DNA of 64,000 nucleotides. Source: a virus. Lineage: Duplodnaviria; Caudoviricetes. A model generated the notes under the pieces. It saw nothing but the letters and a program-made list of their open reading frames with translations, made no database searches and was not told where the DNA came from. Every line of letters starts with the position of its first letter. Position 1 is the stretch's first letter. Made by a program: the position numbers and the translations under genes. Shown one piece after another: positions 1 through 9,676 of the stretch. The stretch spans positions 96,001-160,000 of IMG/VR virus record IMGVR_UViG_3300008740_000001. One strand, 5' to 3'.

Positions 1-4
1 CGAG

Positions 5-640
5 ATGGTTTTGGATTTGCCAAAGGGTTTTCGAACTCTTGCAACCTCGAATCAGACACTGGTCTCTCTCCCGGCAAAAAGGTACCTAAGAGACCGAGGC
101 TTGACAAAAGCAGATATTCTTAAGTGGAAGATAGGCTATGTTTTAGACGGCCCATATAAGAACCGGGTTATAGTGCCAAGCTTTAATGCAAATGGAGAAT
201 TAAATTATTTTGTTGCGCGTTCTTATGTCGGTGATTATAGAAAATATATAAATCCACCGGCTAGCCGCGATATTTGCTTTAATGAACTTTACGTAGACTG
301 GGACAGCGACTTAGCAATCGTAGAGGGTATCTTTGATGCCTTTGTGGCTGGCAATTCAGTACCGATTCTGGGGTCCAGCTTACGAAAGAATTCGAAGCTA
401 ATTCGACGCATTGTCGAGAACGATACTCCTGTTTATATCGCGCTAGACGCCGATGCAGAGAAAAAAGCAGCAAAAATAATCCAAACAATGTTACAATGTG
501 ATATAGAATTGTATAGAATTGATGTTAGCGGCTACGAAGATGTAGGCTCTATGACTAAAGAAGAGTTTGCCGGCAGAAAAGCCAATGCATCACCAGTCGA
601 TAGTGACAGCCAGCTAATGCAAAGCGTAATGTCCATTTAG
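5..640 (+). CDS. DNA primase, DnaG-like (TOPRIM part; probably 5'-truncated by window edge)
   Basis: YLRDRG, RVIVP...YFVARS, IVEGIFDA and IALDADA (TOPRIM E and DxD) motifs; frame is open to the window start. Confidence 0.85.
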   Translation: MVLDLPKGFRTLATSNQTLVSLPAKRYLRDRGLTKADILKWKIGYVLDGPYKNRVIVPSFNANGELNYFVARSYVGDYRKYINPPASRDICFNELYVDWDSDLAIVEGIFDAFVAGNSVPILGSSLRKNSKLIRRIVENDTPVYIALDADAEKKAAKIIQTMLQCDIELYRIDVSGYEDVGSMTKEEFAGRKANASPVDSDSQLMQSVMSI

Positions 641-654
641 GACAAGGAGAAAAT

Positions 655-3600
655 ATGAAACTGGCCCATCTTGCCGATACGCATATTAAGAATTTAAAGT
701 ACCATTATGAATATAGAGAAGTATTTGCTCAACTATACGAGCAATTGCGTGCCCAAGAAGTAGACTATATTATCCATTGCGGAGACATTGCTCATACCAA
801 GACGCAAATCTCCCCAGAATTTGTTGAATTATGTTCTGACTTTTTTCGGAACCTCGCTTCTATTGCTCCAACGTATATCATTCTGGGGAACCATGATGGG
901 AACCTGAAGAACAGTAGCCGTCAGGACGCCTTAACGCCCATTGTAGAGGCTTTGGACCTGCAGCACCTACATCTACTCAAAAACTCTGGAGAGACGGTTG
1001 TAAGCCCGTTCTTGACGCTTAATGTGCTTAGTGTTTTTGATGAAGATAATTGGGTCAAGCCATCAAACCCCGAAACGGTGAACATCGCTCTGTATCACGG
1101 GTCAATTAGTGGGGTTTCTACTGATATTGGCTGGGTTATGGATCATGGCGAGCACGATGTTGGCATCTTTGCCGGCCACGATTACGCCTTTTTGGGTGAC
1201 ATTCATAAGACAAATCAGGTTTTAGATACTGAAGGAAGAGTAAGGTACTGTGGTTCGACAGTTCAGCAGAACCATGGTGAGACGAACGACAAGGGATATC
1301 TGCTTTGGGACATTCAAGACAAAGACACCTTTAAGTGTTCGCATCATGTGTTATCGAACCCGAAGCCTTTTGTAACGATTGAACTTACGCCCAAGGGGCG
1401 AATGCCCAGAGGGACTAGTGTCCCAGAGGGCGCCCGATTGCGCCTAGTAAGTAACAATAATTTGGCCCTATCCCAGATGAAAAAGGCCATCGATGTCGCA
1501 AAGCACAGATTTAAGCCCGAAGCTATTACTTTTCTGAACCGCGCCGCCGGCAAGCGAGGTAATGTCGAGGAGATCACTGATAATCTTAAGATAGAAGACT
1601 TGCGTAATTTGGCCATACAAGAAAGGTTAATCAGAGAGTATCTGAAAGATTACGAAATAGATGAGCCTTTGATGGAAAGAGTGATCCGCTTGAACGCTCA
1701 CTATAATAAGGTTGCTGAGCAGAACGAAGAAGTTGGAAGAAACATCAATTGGAAGCTTCGCAAGGTCGAGTGGGATAATCTGTTTAATTACGGCACCAAA
1801 AATAGTGTTAATTTTACTAATCTTAATGGGATTACAGGTATTTTTGGAAAGAACTATTCTGGCAAGAGCAGTATTATTGACTCCCTATTGTACACTGTTT
1901 TTAACTCCACCTCGAAGAACGAGAGAAAGAATCTCAATATCATTAACCAAAACAGAGATAGCTGTCGAGGCATGGTAGAGATATCAGTGGGCGAAAAGAT
2001 TTATACAATTGAAAGGACTAGCGAAAAATATATTAAAAAGCTTAAAGGTGAAACGACGCTAGAAGCAAAAACAGATGTAGATTTTAGTGTATATTGTCCC
2101 GCCACAGATGTTCGTGAGAGCCTTAACGGACTAAGCAGGATCGAGACAGACAAAAACATTAGAAAGCATTTTGGAACCATGGAAGACTTCTTGTTGTCTG
2201 CAATGGCGAGCCAACATGGCGCCCTGCAGTTTATCAACGAGGGCTCAACAAGGCGAAAAGAGATTTTTGCTAAATTTTTAGATCTAGAAATCTTTGAGAA
2301 GAAATTCAAGCTTTCCAAGGAAGACGCGTCAGATACTCGTGGAGCCCTCCGAAGATTTGAGGGCCGTGACTATGATGAAGAGATTTCCGGCGCACTCCAA
2401 AACCTTACAGAGAACACGGAGAGATTGGAGCAGCAACAGTATGCTTGTGAGACTCTCAAAGGCCAGTTGGCTAGCCTTGACACGGAGTTAGCTACTACAA
2501 ACGCCCTGATTGAGTCTATCCCAGCAGAGATTATTGACGTGGTAGATGTTCGACAAAGACTTAATGATGCAAAGAATAAGCAATTTAGTCTTAAATCAAA
2601 GAATGTAGAGTTAGTTGAGAAAAGAAGGAAGAACGAGGATCTATATTCTAAGATAAATGAATTTCTAGAAACGTTCAACGTAGAAGAGCTTGAAGCCAAG
2701 CAGGCAGAAATTGAAGCATTGTCGCATAGCATTTCTGCACTGGAGTTCGACCGGACAGCTGAGTCGACCGAATTGGAGCGCCATCGCAAGAAAAGCAGTC
2801 TTTTAGAGGGCATTCCCTGCGGGACTTCGTTTCCAAAATGTAAGTTCATCAAAGATGCTCATGTAGCCCAATCAAGAATCCCTATTAGTAAAGAGCAAAT
2901 TCAAGAGATCGATAATCAAATCTTAGCGCTTTCAAAGACTCTAGAAGGATTTGCACCGGCAAAGGTAGAAGAGCATTTGGAGAACTACCGCAAGGTTGTC
3001 GAGAAGAAAACTAATGTTTCCAATACGATAGCCGATCTGAACCTTGAAATAGAAAAGAACAAGCTGGCAAAAGAAAAGGTGTATCACTCAATTAAGTCTT
3101 TGGCTGAAAAACTAGCTGAGTATGATCAAAATAAAGAGGCTATCGAGAACTTAGAAGAACTTGTTACGACTCGTAATAACTTGAATTCTGAAATCAAAAG
3201 TCAAAATATGAAACTTGATGTGTGCGAAGCTACGATTTTAGAACTAGTACGACAAAACGGTTCTCTAGAGCAGAAAGTGGAAACAGTACGACAGAGCAAG
3301 CAGGAACACACAGATCTTCAAGAAGAGTATGCAGCATATGATTTGTTCATGCGATGCATGCATTCTAACGGAATTGCCTATGACGTGATCAAAAGGAAGC
3401 TTCCGGTTATTAACCAAGAGATAGCCAAGGTTTTGGCCAATATTACAAATTTCGAGATTTACTTCGAAGACAATGGCAAAAAGTTTGAAATTTTCATCAA
3501 GCATCCGCGCCACGATCCTCGACCGCTGGAGATGGGCTCTGGTGCCGAAAAGACAATTGCTGCCATGTCAATACGACTGGCCATGTTATCGGTATCTTCG

Positions 3601-3807
3601 TTGCCAAAGGGAGACTTGTTCGTTCTTGACGAACCCGGCACGGCACTCGATGAAGATAACATGGAGGGATTTATTCGTATTTTGGAACTAATTAAGATGT
3701 ACTTTAAAAACGTTTTGTTGATTTCTCACTTGGATTCGCTCAAAGACTGTGTGGACACCCAAATCATGATTGAAAAGAAAAACGGGTACGCAAAAGTTAA
3801 CCAATAA
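655..3807 (+). CDS. Fused Mre11/SbcD nuclease - Rad50/SbcC ATPase (T4 gp47-gp46-like recombination endonuclease)
   Basis: N-terminal metallophosphoesterase motifs (ADTH, GD, GNHD, GDIH); Walker A GKNYSGKSS; long coiled coil; signature MGSGAE; Walker B FVLDEP; ISH switch; SD AGGAG at 645-649. Confidence 0.92.
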   Translation: MKLAHLADTHIKNLKYHYEYREVFAQLYEQLRAQEVDYIIHCGDIAHTKTQISPEFVELCSDFFRNLASIAPTYIILGNHDGNLKNSSRQDALTPIVEALDLQHLHLLKNSGETVVSPFLTLNVLSVFDEDNWVKPSNPETVNIALYHGSISGVSTDIGWVMDHGEHDVGIFAGHDYAFLGDIHKTNQVLDTEGRVRYCGSTVQQNHGETNDKGYLLWDIQDKDTFKCSHHVLSNPKPFVTIELTPKGRMPRGTSVPEGARLRLVSNNNLALSQMKKAIDVAKHRFKPEAITFLNRAAGKRGNVEEITDNLKIEDLRNLAIQERLIREYLKDYEIDEPLMERVIRLNAHYNKVAEQNEEVGRNINWKLRKVEWDNLFNYGTKNSVNFTNLNGITGIFGKNYSGKSSIIDSLLYTVFNSTSKNERKNLNIINQNRDSCRGMVEISVGEKIYTIERTSEKYIKKLKGETTLEAKTDVDFSVYCPATDVRESLNGLSRIETDKNIRKHFGTMEDFLLSAMASQHGALQFINEGSTRRKEIFAKFLDLEIFEKKFKLSKEDASDTRGALRRFEGRDYDEEISGALQNLTENTERLEQQQYACETLKGQLASLDTELATTNALIESIPAEIIDVVDVRQRLNDAKNKQFSLKSKNVELVEKRRKNEDLYSKINEFLETFNVEELEAKQAEIEALSHSISALEFDRTAESTELERHRKKSSLLEGIPCGTSFPKCKFIKDAHVAQSRIPISKEQIQEIDNQILALSKTLEGFAPAKVEEHLENYRKVVEKKTNVSNTIADLNLEIEKNKLAKEKVYHSIKSLAEKLAEYDQNKEAIENLEELVTTRNNLNSEIKSQNMKLDVCEATILELVRQNGSLEQKVETVRQSKQEHTDLQEEYAAYDLFMRCMHSNGIAYDVIKRKLPVINQEIAKVLANITNFEIYFEDNGKKFEIFIKHPRHDPRPLEMGSGAEKTIAAMSIRLAMLSVSSLPKGDLFVLDEPGTALDEDNMEGFIRILELIKMYFKNVLLISHLDSLKDCVDTQIMIEKKNGYAKVNQ

Positions 3808-3820
3808 AAAAGGAAACAAA

Positions 3821-4015
3821 ATGATGGCAACAGTAACAGCGAAGCTGGATAGACTAGTCGAGAAAATGATATCTCGCAAATTTATGGTGTGGCTCACGGC
3901 CACCGGATTGATGATCGTGGCCGGTCTGGAATCTAGCGACTGGGTAATCATCTCAGGCATTTATATCGGCTCTCAAGCCGTTATTGACGGGATTACAAAA
4001 ATGAAGGGTGCGTAG
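3821..4015 (+). CDS. Small two-TM membrane protein, holin-like
   Basis: 64 aa, SRKF motif then two hydrophobic helices, basic C-terminus; Met-Met start after AAGGA. Confidence 0.55.
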   Translation: MMATVTAKLDRLVEKMISRKFMVWLTATGLMIVAGLESSDWVIISGIYIGSQAVIDGITKMKGA

Positions 4016-4395
4016 TGAAGAAGACAATATTACTGTTTTTGGCCAAACACTGGAAAGAAATCGCATTGATTGTACTTTCTGCAGTGGTGATTGGTAAAAT
4101 GCAATATGATATGAACGAGATGCAGAAGGCATATGCTGCCGCGAAAGAGAGCTATGAACAACAAATTATTGGCTTGACAGAGATCCATGATCGCGAACTG
4201 AAAGAGCGCGAAGAGGCTCTCGCAGATTATGAAAAGCATATCGCCAAGATTGAAAAGGACTATCGAGAAGGCCTGCGCAATGCTGAACGCGATGCTCAAA
4301 GAGATGAACACCGGTATGAGCGCGAACACACAGAGGCCCCAGCAGAATTAATCGCAGAAATTGAAGGCCAATTTGGATTTGAATATGTTGAGTAA
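4015..4395 (+). CDS. N-terminally membrane-anchored coiled-coil protein (i-spanin-like)
   Basis: Basic N-terminus, one TM segment (IALIVLSAVVIG), then a heptad-rich E/K/Q helix; overlaps the upstream stop (TAGTG). Confidence 0.4.
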   Translation: MKKTILLFLAKHWKEIALIVLSAVVIGKMQYDMNEMQKAYAAAKESYEQQIIGLTEIHDRELKEREEALADYEKHIAKIEKDYREGLRNAERDAQRDEHRYEREHTEAPAELIAEIEGQFGFEYVE

Positions 4396-4858
4396 AGTGT
4401 TACCAGTCCTAGTTGGTATTCTGTTTTTAAGCACTCCGGCATATGCACAGGATTCGGAAGATACGGCATCGGAATCCGAAGCGCCCAAATTTACAATACT
4501 AGATTATGGCCAACCAGCCCCATTTCGAGGCACTCTATTCGATCCGACTGCGACTGCACAAATTTTGACCTTGAAGCGCCGACTAGGTGTGGAATATCAA
4601 CTAGAGTTAGATTATAGAATTTCGGAGTTAACAGCTACGCATCAGTTAGAGATGACAAATATGCAGTCTAGATACACGGCCCTCGATGAAGAATATCGTC
4701 TCAGAATTGAGGCCAAAGATGGCGAGATCGAGCAATTAAACACTTCCCTGTCCAAGCTGAGTAAAGATAATCGCCATTGGTTTGCCATCGGCGGGTTCGC
4801 TATCGGCGTTGGAGTTACGGTTGGGATTGTATCAGCCATCGCGGGAGCCAGCAAGTGA
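4385..4858 (+). CDS. Secreted coiled-coil protein with C-terminal membrane anchor
   Basis: Signal peptide MLSKVLPVLVGILFLSTPAYA (AxA site); C-terminal WFAIGGFAIGVGVTVGIVSAI helix. Confidence 0.55.
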   Translation: MLSKVLPVLVGILFLSTPAYAQDSEDTASESEAPKFTILDYGQPAPFRGTLFDPTATAQILTLKRRLGVEYQLELDYRISELTATHQLEMTNMQSRYTALDEEYRLRIEAKDGEIEQLNTSLSKLSKDNRHWFAIGGFAIGVGVTVGIVSAIAGASK

Positions 4859-5257
4859 ATGTCAAAGAAAGATTGGAACAAACTAGCAGCTTTTGAGAAA
4901 GCAATATCAAAAAAATATGGACAGGAGACGATCCAAAATCCCAAGTCGGGATGGGATGAAGAAAAGGAAAAGGAATACATTATACAACAGAAAGAGTTGT
5001 ACGAAAAGGAAATCGAGAGAAGGAGCGACACAGAGAAAATAGACCATGATGGTATTTTAATTTCTAAAAAACTACTTAATAGGGAATCTCGAAGAGCATG
5101 TCCAGTTTGCTATAAAATCTTTTTAAAAGCGATGGATGATGTCTGCTTGACAAAGCATGAATGTTGTTTCGAGTGTTATGTAAAGTGGGTAGAAGGAAGA
5201 GAAGAGAGATGGATAAAAGGATGGAGACCAGATGAAGTTCACGAAGAAACAGATTAA
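4859..5257 (+). CDS. Hypothetical protein with Cys cluster (zinc-finger-like)
   Basis: CPVC...C...CCFEC pattern; abuts upstream gene. Confidence 0.6.
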   Translation: MSKKDWNKLAAFEKAISKKYGQETIQNPKSGWDEEKEKEYIIQQKELYEKEIERRSDTEKIDHDGILISKKLLNRESRRACPVCYKIFLKAMDDVCLTKHECCFECYVKWVEGREERWIKGWRPDEVHEETD

Positions 5258-5516
5258 AAAAATTATTGAAGAAGAGTTAGCGTCTTTTAGTCACGGCTTC
5301 TGGCGTCAAGATTTGAAGGAACTCGATGCTTCTGATATAGAACCACCGGTAGCCTCTACTGGCACCGGCCAAGATGGTGTGGTACTCCGAACCCTAACGC
5401 CGGAGCAGAGCGCAGATGTGGAGAACATGGCGGACGCTATTAAAGCAATGGCTCAACAAGACAAAGAGCAAATTGAAGTTATTTTGGCCCAATTGAGTAC
5501 TGAAGCTCTGAGTTAA
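5232..5516 (+). CDS. Small acidic protein with MKFTKKQIKKIIEEEL leader (putative internal head protein)
   Basis: N-terminus matches leaders of ORFs at 61506, 62284 and 62688. Confidence 0.6.
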   Translation: MKFTKKQIKKIIEEELASFSHGFWRQDLKELDASDIEPPVASTGTGQDGVVLRTLTPEQSADVENMADAIKAMAQQDKEQIEVILAQLSTEALS

Positions 5517-5559
5517 CTAATTATAAAAGAATACTACTTATTTAAAGGAAGCGAATATT

Positions 5560-6096
5560 ATGGCAACAACTATAGAAATTATCCAAGGAATTCAGCAGGC
5601 CGCCGCCAACGCTTATGACGGTGCACTGGACGAGAATGGCGATCTAGTAAAGGTCGGCTTGAAGAGAGAAGAAGGCAACCCGCTTTTGGACAAGAGAGTG
5701 ATGGATGGATTCAATGTTTCCTTCTATGGCAACAAGTTGTGCCTTTCTTACCACTCGGAGATTCAATTGAAGGAAGTTTATGGCAACAGCTTCGAATCAG
5801 ACATCGAACAAATGTTGGAAGATGTAGCAAGCTTTTTGCGTAAAGAATATAAGAAGGTGACTGGCGAAAGTTTGTCTTTGAAGGGCTTGGGCGAAGTCGA
5901 TATTCTTGTACAGAACACCTCTAGAGTAAGGTCTTGGGTGCAGGCGAAAAAGCATTATGAGATTGGCTCGCTTAACGAAGTGGAGTCCGTCCCCGGATCT
6001 GACGAAACACCCCAGCAGCGCAAAATAGATCCAGAATTCGAAAAGTTTCTCGCTCTTGGCGGCTTGGGCAAGAAGGCCAAAAACGATAAGCGCTAA
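5560..6096 (+). CDS. Hypothetical protein upstream of terminase
   Basis: 178-aa ORF with SD AAAGGA and upstream ACTA-TTA motifs. Confidence 0.7.
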   Translation: MATTIEIIQGIQQAAANAYDGALDENGDLVKVGLKREEGNPLLDKRVMDGFNVSFYGNKLCLSYHSEIQLKEVYGNSFESDIEQMLEDVASFLRKEYKKVTGESLSLKGLGEVDILVQNTSRVRSWVQAKKHYEIGSLNEVESVPGSDETPQQRKIDPEFEKFLALGGLGKKAKNDKR

Positions 6097-6113
6097 TTAT
6101 AAAATGGCGAACA

Positions 6114-7697
6114 ATGGCAAAACTGTCCAAAAATCAACAAATCAAAGAAATATTAAAGTGTGGTAAAGACCCAAGTTATTTTTTAAGAAACTATGCCAAG
6201 ATATCTCATCCGCTACATGGTCTAATACCATTTAAAACTTATGATTTCCAAGACGACCTTTTATGTGATTTTAACGATTATCGTTTTAATGTTATTCTGA
6301 AAGCACGTCAGCTTGGAATATCCACTATCACGGCCGGATACATTGTTTGGCTGATGATGTTTCATCGGGATAAAAATGTTTTAGTCATGGCCACAAAGTT
6401 TGGCACAGCCGCCAACCTAGTCAAAAAGGTAAAAGCAATTGTCCAGCATATTCCGCCATGGCTAAAGATTACAGATATCAAAATAGACAACAGAACGTCC
6501 TTTGAGCTGTTAAACGGCTCTCAGATTAAAGCCTCTTCGACCTCTTTCGATGCCGGTCGTTCAGAGGCTCTTTCTTTGTTGGTCATTGACGAGGCGGCGC
6601 ACGTAGAGGGTTTAGAAGAATTGTGGACCGGTTTGTACCCTACGCTGTCGACTGGTGGCCGCTGCATTGCTCTATCAACCCCAAATGGTGTGGGTAACTG
6701 GTTTCACCAAACTTATATCGATGCTGACGAAGAGATTAATGATTTCCATCCAACGTGTTTGCGCTGGGATGTTCATCCTGATCGCGACGTAGATTGGTTT
6801 GAACGCGAAACGCGTAACATGTCCAGACGCCAGATTGCTCAAGAATTAGAATGTAATTTCAATACTTCTGGAGACAGTGTGATCCATCCAGATGACATAT
6901 CTATTCTTGTTGAGAACATTCGCGAGCCACAGTATAGAACCGGATTTGACAGGAATTATTGGATCTGGGAAGAGTACATGACCGAGGCCTCCTACCTGTT
7001 GGTGGCAGATGTCGCTCGCGGTGACGGCGCAGATAGTTCTGCTTTCCACATTATAAAACTAGAAACGATGGAAATTGTTGCAGAATATAAAGGAAAACCT
7101 ACAATTGATGCGTATTCTAGGATATTATATGATGCAGGTCTTGAATATGGTCGATGCCTTTTGGTGGTGGAGAACGTTGGAGTTGGATACTCGGTGTTAG
7201 AAAAGCTTATAGAACTAGAGTATCCCAATTTATATTATTCTGTCAAGTCTACGCACGAGTTTGTGGAGCAATACCAAGCAGAAGTCATGTCTAACGCAGT
7301 CGCCGGTTTTACCACTTCTACAAAAACTAGACCATTAGTTATTGCAAAACTGGAGGAATTCATTAGAAATAAACTAATTAAGATATATTCCGAAAGAACT
7401 GTGGAGGAACTTAAAACATTTATTTGGTATAATGGCAAGCCACAGGCTATGAGGGGCTACTCTGATGACCTAACCATGGCATTGGCAATTGCGTGCTGGG
7501 TTAGAGATACAGCCCTAACAGTAAACCAGCGAAATGTTGAATATCAGAAGGCCTTTTTGAGTTCGATCCAAACCACTAGTAGAAAAATGAACACTACAAT
7601 TGCAGGGATGGAAGGACACAAGCGCTCCAAGGGCGACAGAATAACCGAGGAAGAGAAAAAGAGAATGAAAGAATTTATGTGGGTATATAAAGGATAA
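6114..7697 (+). CDS. Terminase large subunit (T4 gp17-like)
   Basis: KARQLG (Walker A region), LVIDEAAH (Walker B), STPNG coupling motif, nuclease DVARGDGADSS and DD near C-terminus. Confidence 0.95.
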   Translation: MAKLSKNQQIKEILKCGKDPSYFLRNYAKISHPLHGLIPFKTYDFQDDLLCDFNDYRFNVILKARQLGISTITAGYIVWLMMFHRDKNVLVMATKFGTAANLVKKVKAIVQHIPPWLKITDIKIDNRTSFELLNGSQIKASSTSFDAGRSEALSLLVIDEAAHVEGLEELWTGLYPTLSTGGRCIALSTPNGVGNWFHQTYIDADEEINDFHPTCLRWDVHPDRDVDWFERETRNMSRRQIAQELECNFNTSGDSVIHPDDISILVENIREPQYRTGFDRNYWIWEEYMTEASYLLVADVARGDGADSSAFHIIKLETMEIVAEYKGKPTIDAYSRILYDAGLEYGRCLLVVENVGVGYSVLEKLIELEYPNLYYSVKSTHEFVEQYQAEVMSNAVAGFTTSTKTRPLVIAKLEEFIRNKLIKIYSERTVEELKTFIWYNGKPQAMRGYSDDLTMALAIACWVRDTALTVNQRNVEYQKAFLSSIQTTSRKMNTTIAGMEGHKRSKGDRITEEEKKRMKEFMWVYKG

Positions 7698-7699
7698 AC

Positions 7700-9676
7700 A
7701 TGGCAGATAACGATAAAAATCCAAGAAACAATCAAGCGGATCTGTTTAAGAGACTAACGAGGCTCTTCTCAGGCCCGATTATTAATCATAGAAGCCAGTC
7801 TGGTCGTCGTATCCGACGCCAGCATATGGATAAATATGCTGCACAGTTTAAGTCAGCTAGCGGTCAGCAGTTTAAGAAGAGCACATATAACCCCCTTGAA
7901 CGTATTTCACACGATGCTATCGCTAACCAGCGTAGAGCAGAACGCTATGTAGATTTCGATCAGATGGAGTATATGCCAGAGTTGGCTTCTGCTTTGGATA
8001 TCTACGCTGACGAAATGACAACCTCGTCCGACTTGTCTCCGATGATTAGGATCAACTGTCCTAATGAGGAGATCAAAGCAGTCTTAAGCACGCTGTATGT
8101 AAATATTTTAAATGTCGATTCCAACCTATTCGGCTGGTGCCGCACCATGTCAAAATACGGAGATTTTTTCTTGTATCTAGATCTGGACGAAAGCTTTGGA
8201 ATTCGGACTGTGTTGCCTTTGCCCCCACAGGAGGTCGAGAGACTAGAAGGTCTAGACGCCACAAATCCAAATTATGTTCAGTACCAGTGGAATTCCGCAG
8301 GTATGACATTTGAGAATTGGCAAATTTCACACTTTAGAGTACTCGGCAACGACAAGTATGCTCCTTATGGCACATCTATCCTTGAACCAGCCCGCCGGAT
8401 CTGGCGCCAGTTGACGCTTATCGAAGATGCCATGATGGCGTATCGAGTTATTCGCTCCCCCGAACGCAGAGTTTTCTATATCGATGTTGGCCAGATCGCC
8501 CCACAAGATGTGGAGCAATATATGCAAAAGATTATTACGCAGATGAAGCGCCATCAGGTACTTGACCCCGACACAGGCCGTGTTGATCTTCGCTATAACC
8601 CAATGTCCGTTGAAGAAGACTACTACATCCCTGTCCGTGGCCAACAGTCAAACACTCGGATTGAAAATCTCCAAGGTGGCCAGCACGCCACAGCGATTGA
8701 CGACGTTAAGTACTTGAGAGACAAACTGTTCTCCGCACTAAAGATTCCGCAATCGTACTTAACGATGGGCGAAGGCGCCGAGGAAGATAAGACCACCCTC
8801 GCACAAAAGGACATTCGATTTGCGAGAACGATCCAGCGCTTACAGAGAGTCGTAATCAGCGAATTGGAAAAGATTGGGATTGTGCACTTATACACTCTCG
8901 GATTCAGAGGTGACGATCTTCTGAGCTTTAAGCTTACTTTGAACAATCCTTCACGCATTGCTGAATTGCAAGAACTTGAACACTGGCGCACGAAATTTGA
9001 AGTTGCCGGCGCAGCCACCGAGGGGTTCTTTTCAAGACGCTGGGTGGCACAACACTTATTCTCAATGTCGGAGGAAGAATTCCTACGCAACCAGCGAGAA
9101 ATTTACTATGATAGAAAATACGATGCATCTCTGCAGGCTGTTGCTGAAAGTGCCGCCGCCGAAGCAGCAGGAATGGCCGGCGGCATGCCACCTGCAGGCG
9201 GCGAAGAAGGGGCCCCGCCGCTTGATCCCGGCGCTGAAGGAGAAGAGGGCATGCCAGAGCCCGGCGCCGAGGAAATGCCACCAGATGCCGGTGGAGAGGC
9301 CGCACCCGAGCCTGAAACTGGAGATCTCCTTGCGGCTCCACCCGGATCGCGACCTTCACCCAGAATACACGATGGTCCCCATGGCGGCAAGAAATACTAT
9401 CCCGTTAAGAGTGATAAGAGGGATATGGGCGCCCGCAACAGAAGTTTTAACAGGCTAGCCACCCCAGAATTTGGCACTTATAGAACCACTAATTTAGGCG
9501 CCCCAGAGCTTCGATCTTTATCAAAGGGAATTTTTGCTGAAGAAGGGTCTAATTATAGTGATAGCGAAATAATACAAGAGAAGCGCCTGTTTGAGATAAA
9601 CAATGAGATTAGAACATTGATCGAAAATCTAGAAAAGAATTCGGAGTTGACACAAAATGAAGATGAAACACAATAA
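7700..9676 (+). CDS. Portal protein (T4 gp20-like) with acidic Pro/Gly-rich C-terminal extension
   Basis: IEDAMMAYRVIRSPERRVFYIDVG, EEDYYIP, IDDVKYLRDKLFSALKIP, DIRFARTIQRLQ motifs. Confidence 0.93.
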   Translation: MADNDKNPRNNQADLFKRLTRLFSGPIINHRSQSGRRIRRQHMDKYAAQFKSASGQQFKKSTYNPLERISHDAIANQRRAERYVDFDQMEYMPELASALDIYADEMTTSSDLSPMIRINCPNEEIKAVLSTLYVNILNVDSNLFGWCRTMSKYGDFFLYLDLDESFGIRTVLPLPPQEVERLEGLDATNPNYVQYQWNSAGMTFENWQISHFRVLGNDKYAPYGTSILEPARRIWRQLTLIEDAMMAYRVIRSPERRVFYIDVGQIAPQDVEQYMQKIITQMKRHQVLDPDTGRVDLRYNPMSVEEDYYIPVRGQQSNTRIENLQGGQHATAIDDVKYLRDKLFSALKIPQSYLTMGEGAEEDKTTLAQKDIRFARTIQRLQRVVISELEKIGIVHLYTLGFRGDDLLSFKLTLNNPSRIAELQELEHWRTKFEVAGAATEGFFSRRWVAQHLFSMSEEEFLRNQREIYYDRKYDASLQAVAESAAAEAAGMAGGMPPAGGEEGAPPLDPGAEGEEGMPEPGAEEMPPDAGGEAAPEPETGDLLAAPPGSRPSPRIHDGPHGGKKYYPVKSDKRDMGARNRSFNRLATPEFGTYRTTNLGAPELRSLSKGIFAEEGSNYSDSEIIQEKRLFEINNEIRTLIENLEKNSELTQNEDETQ

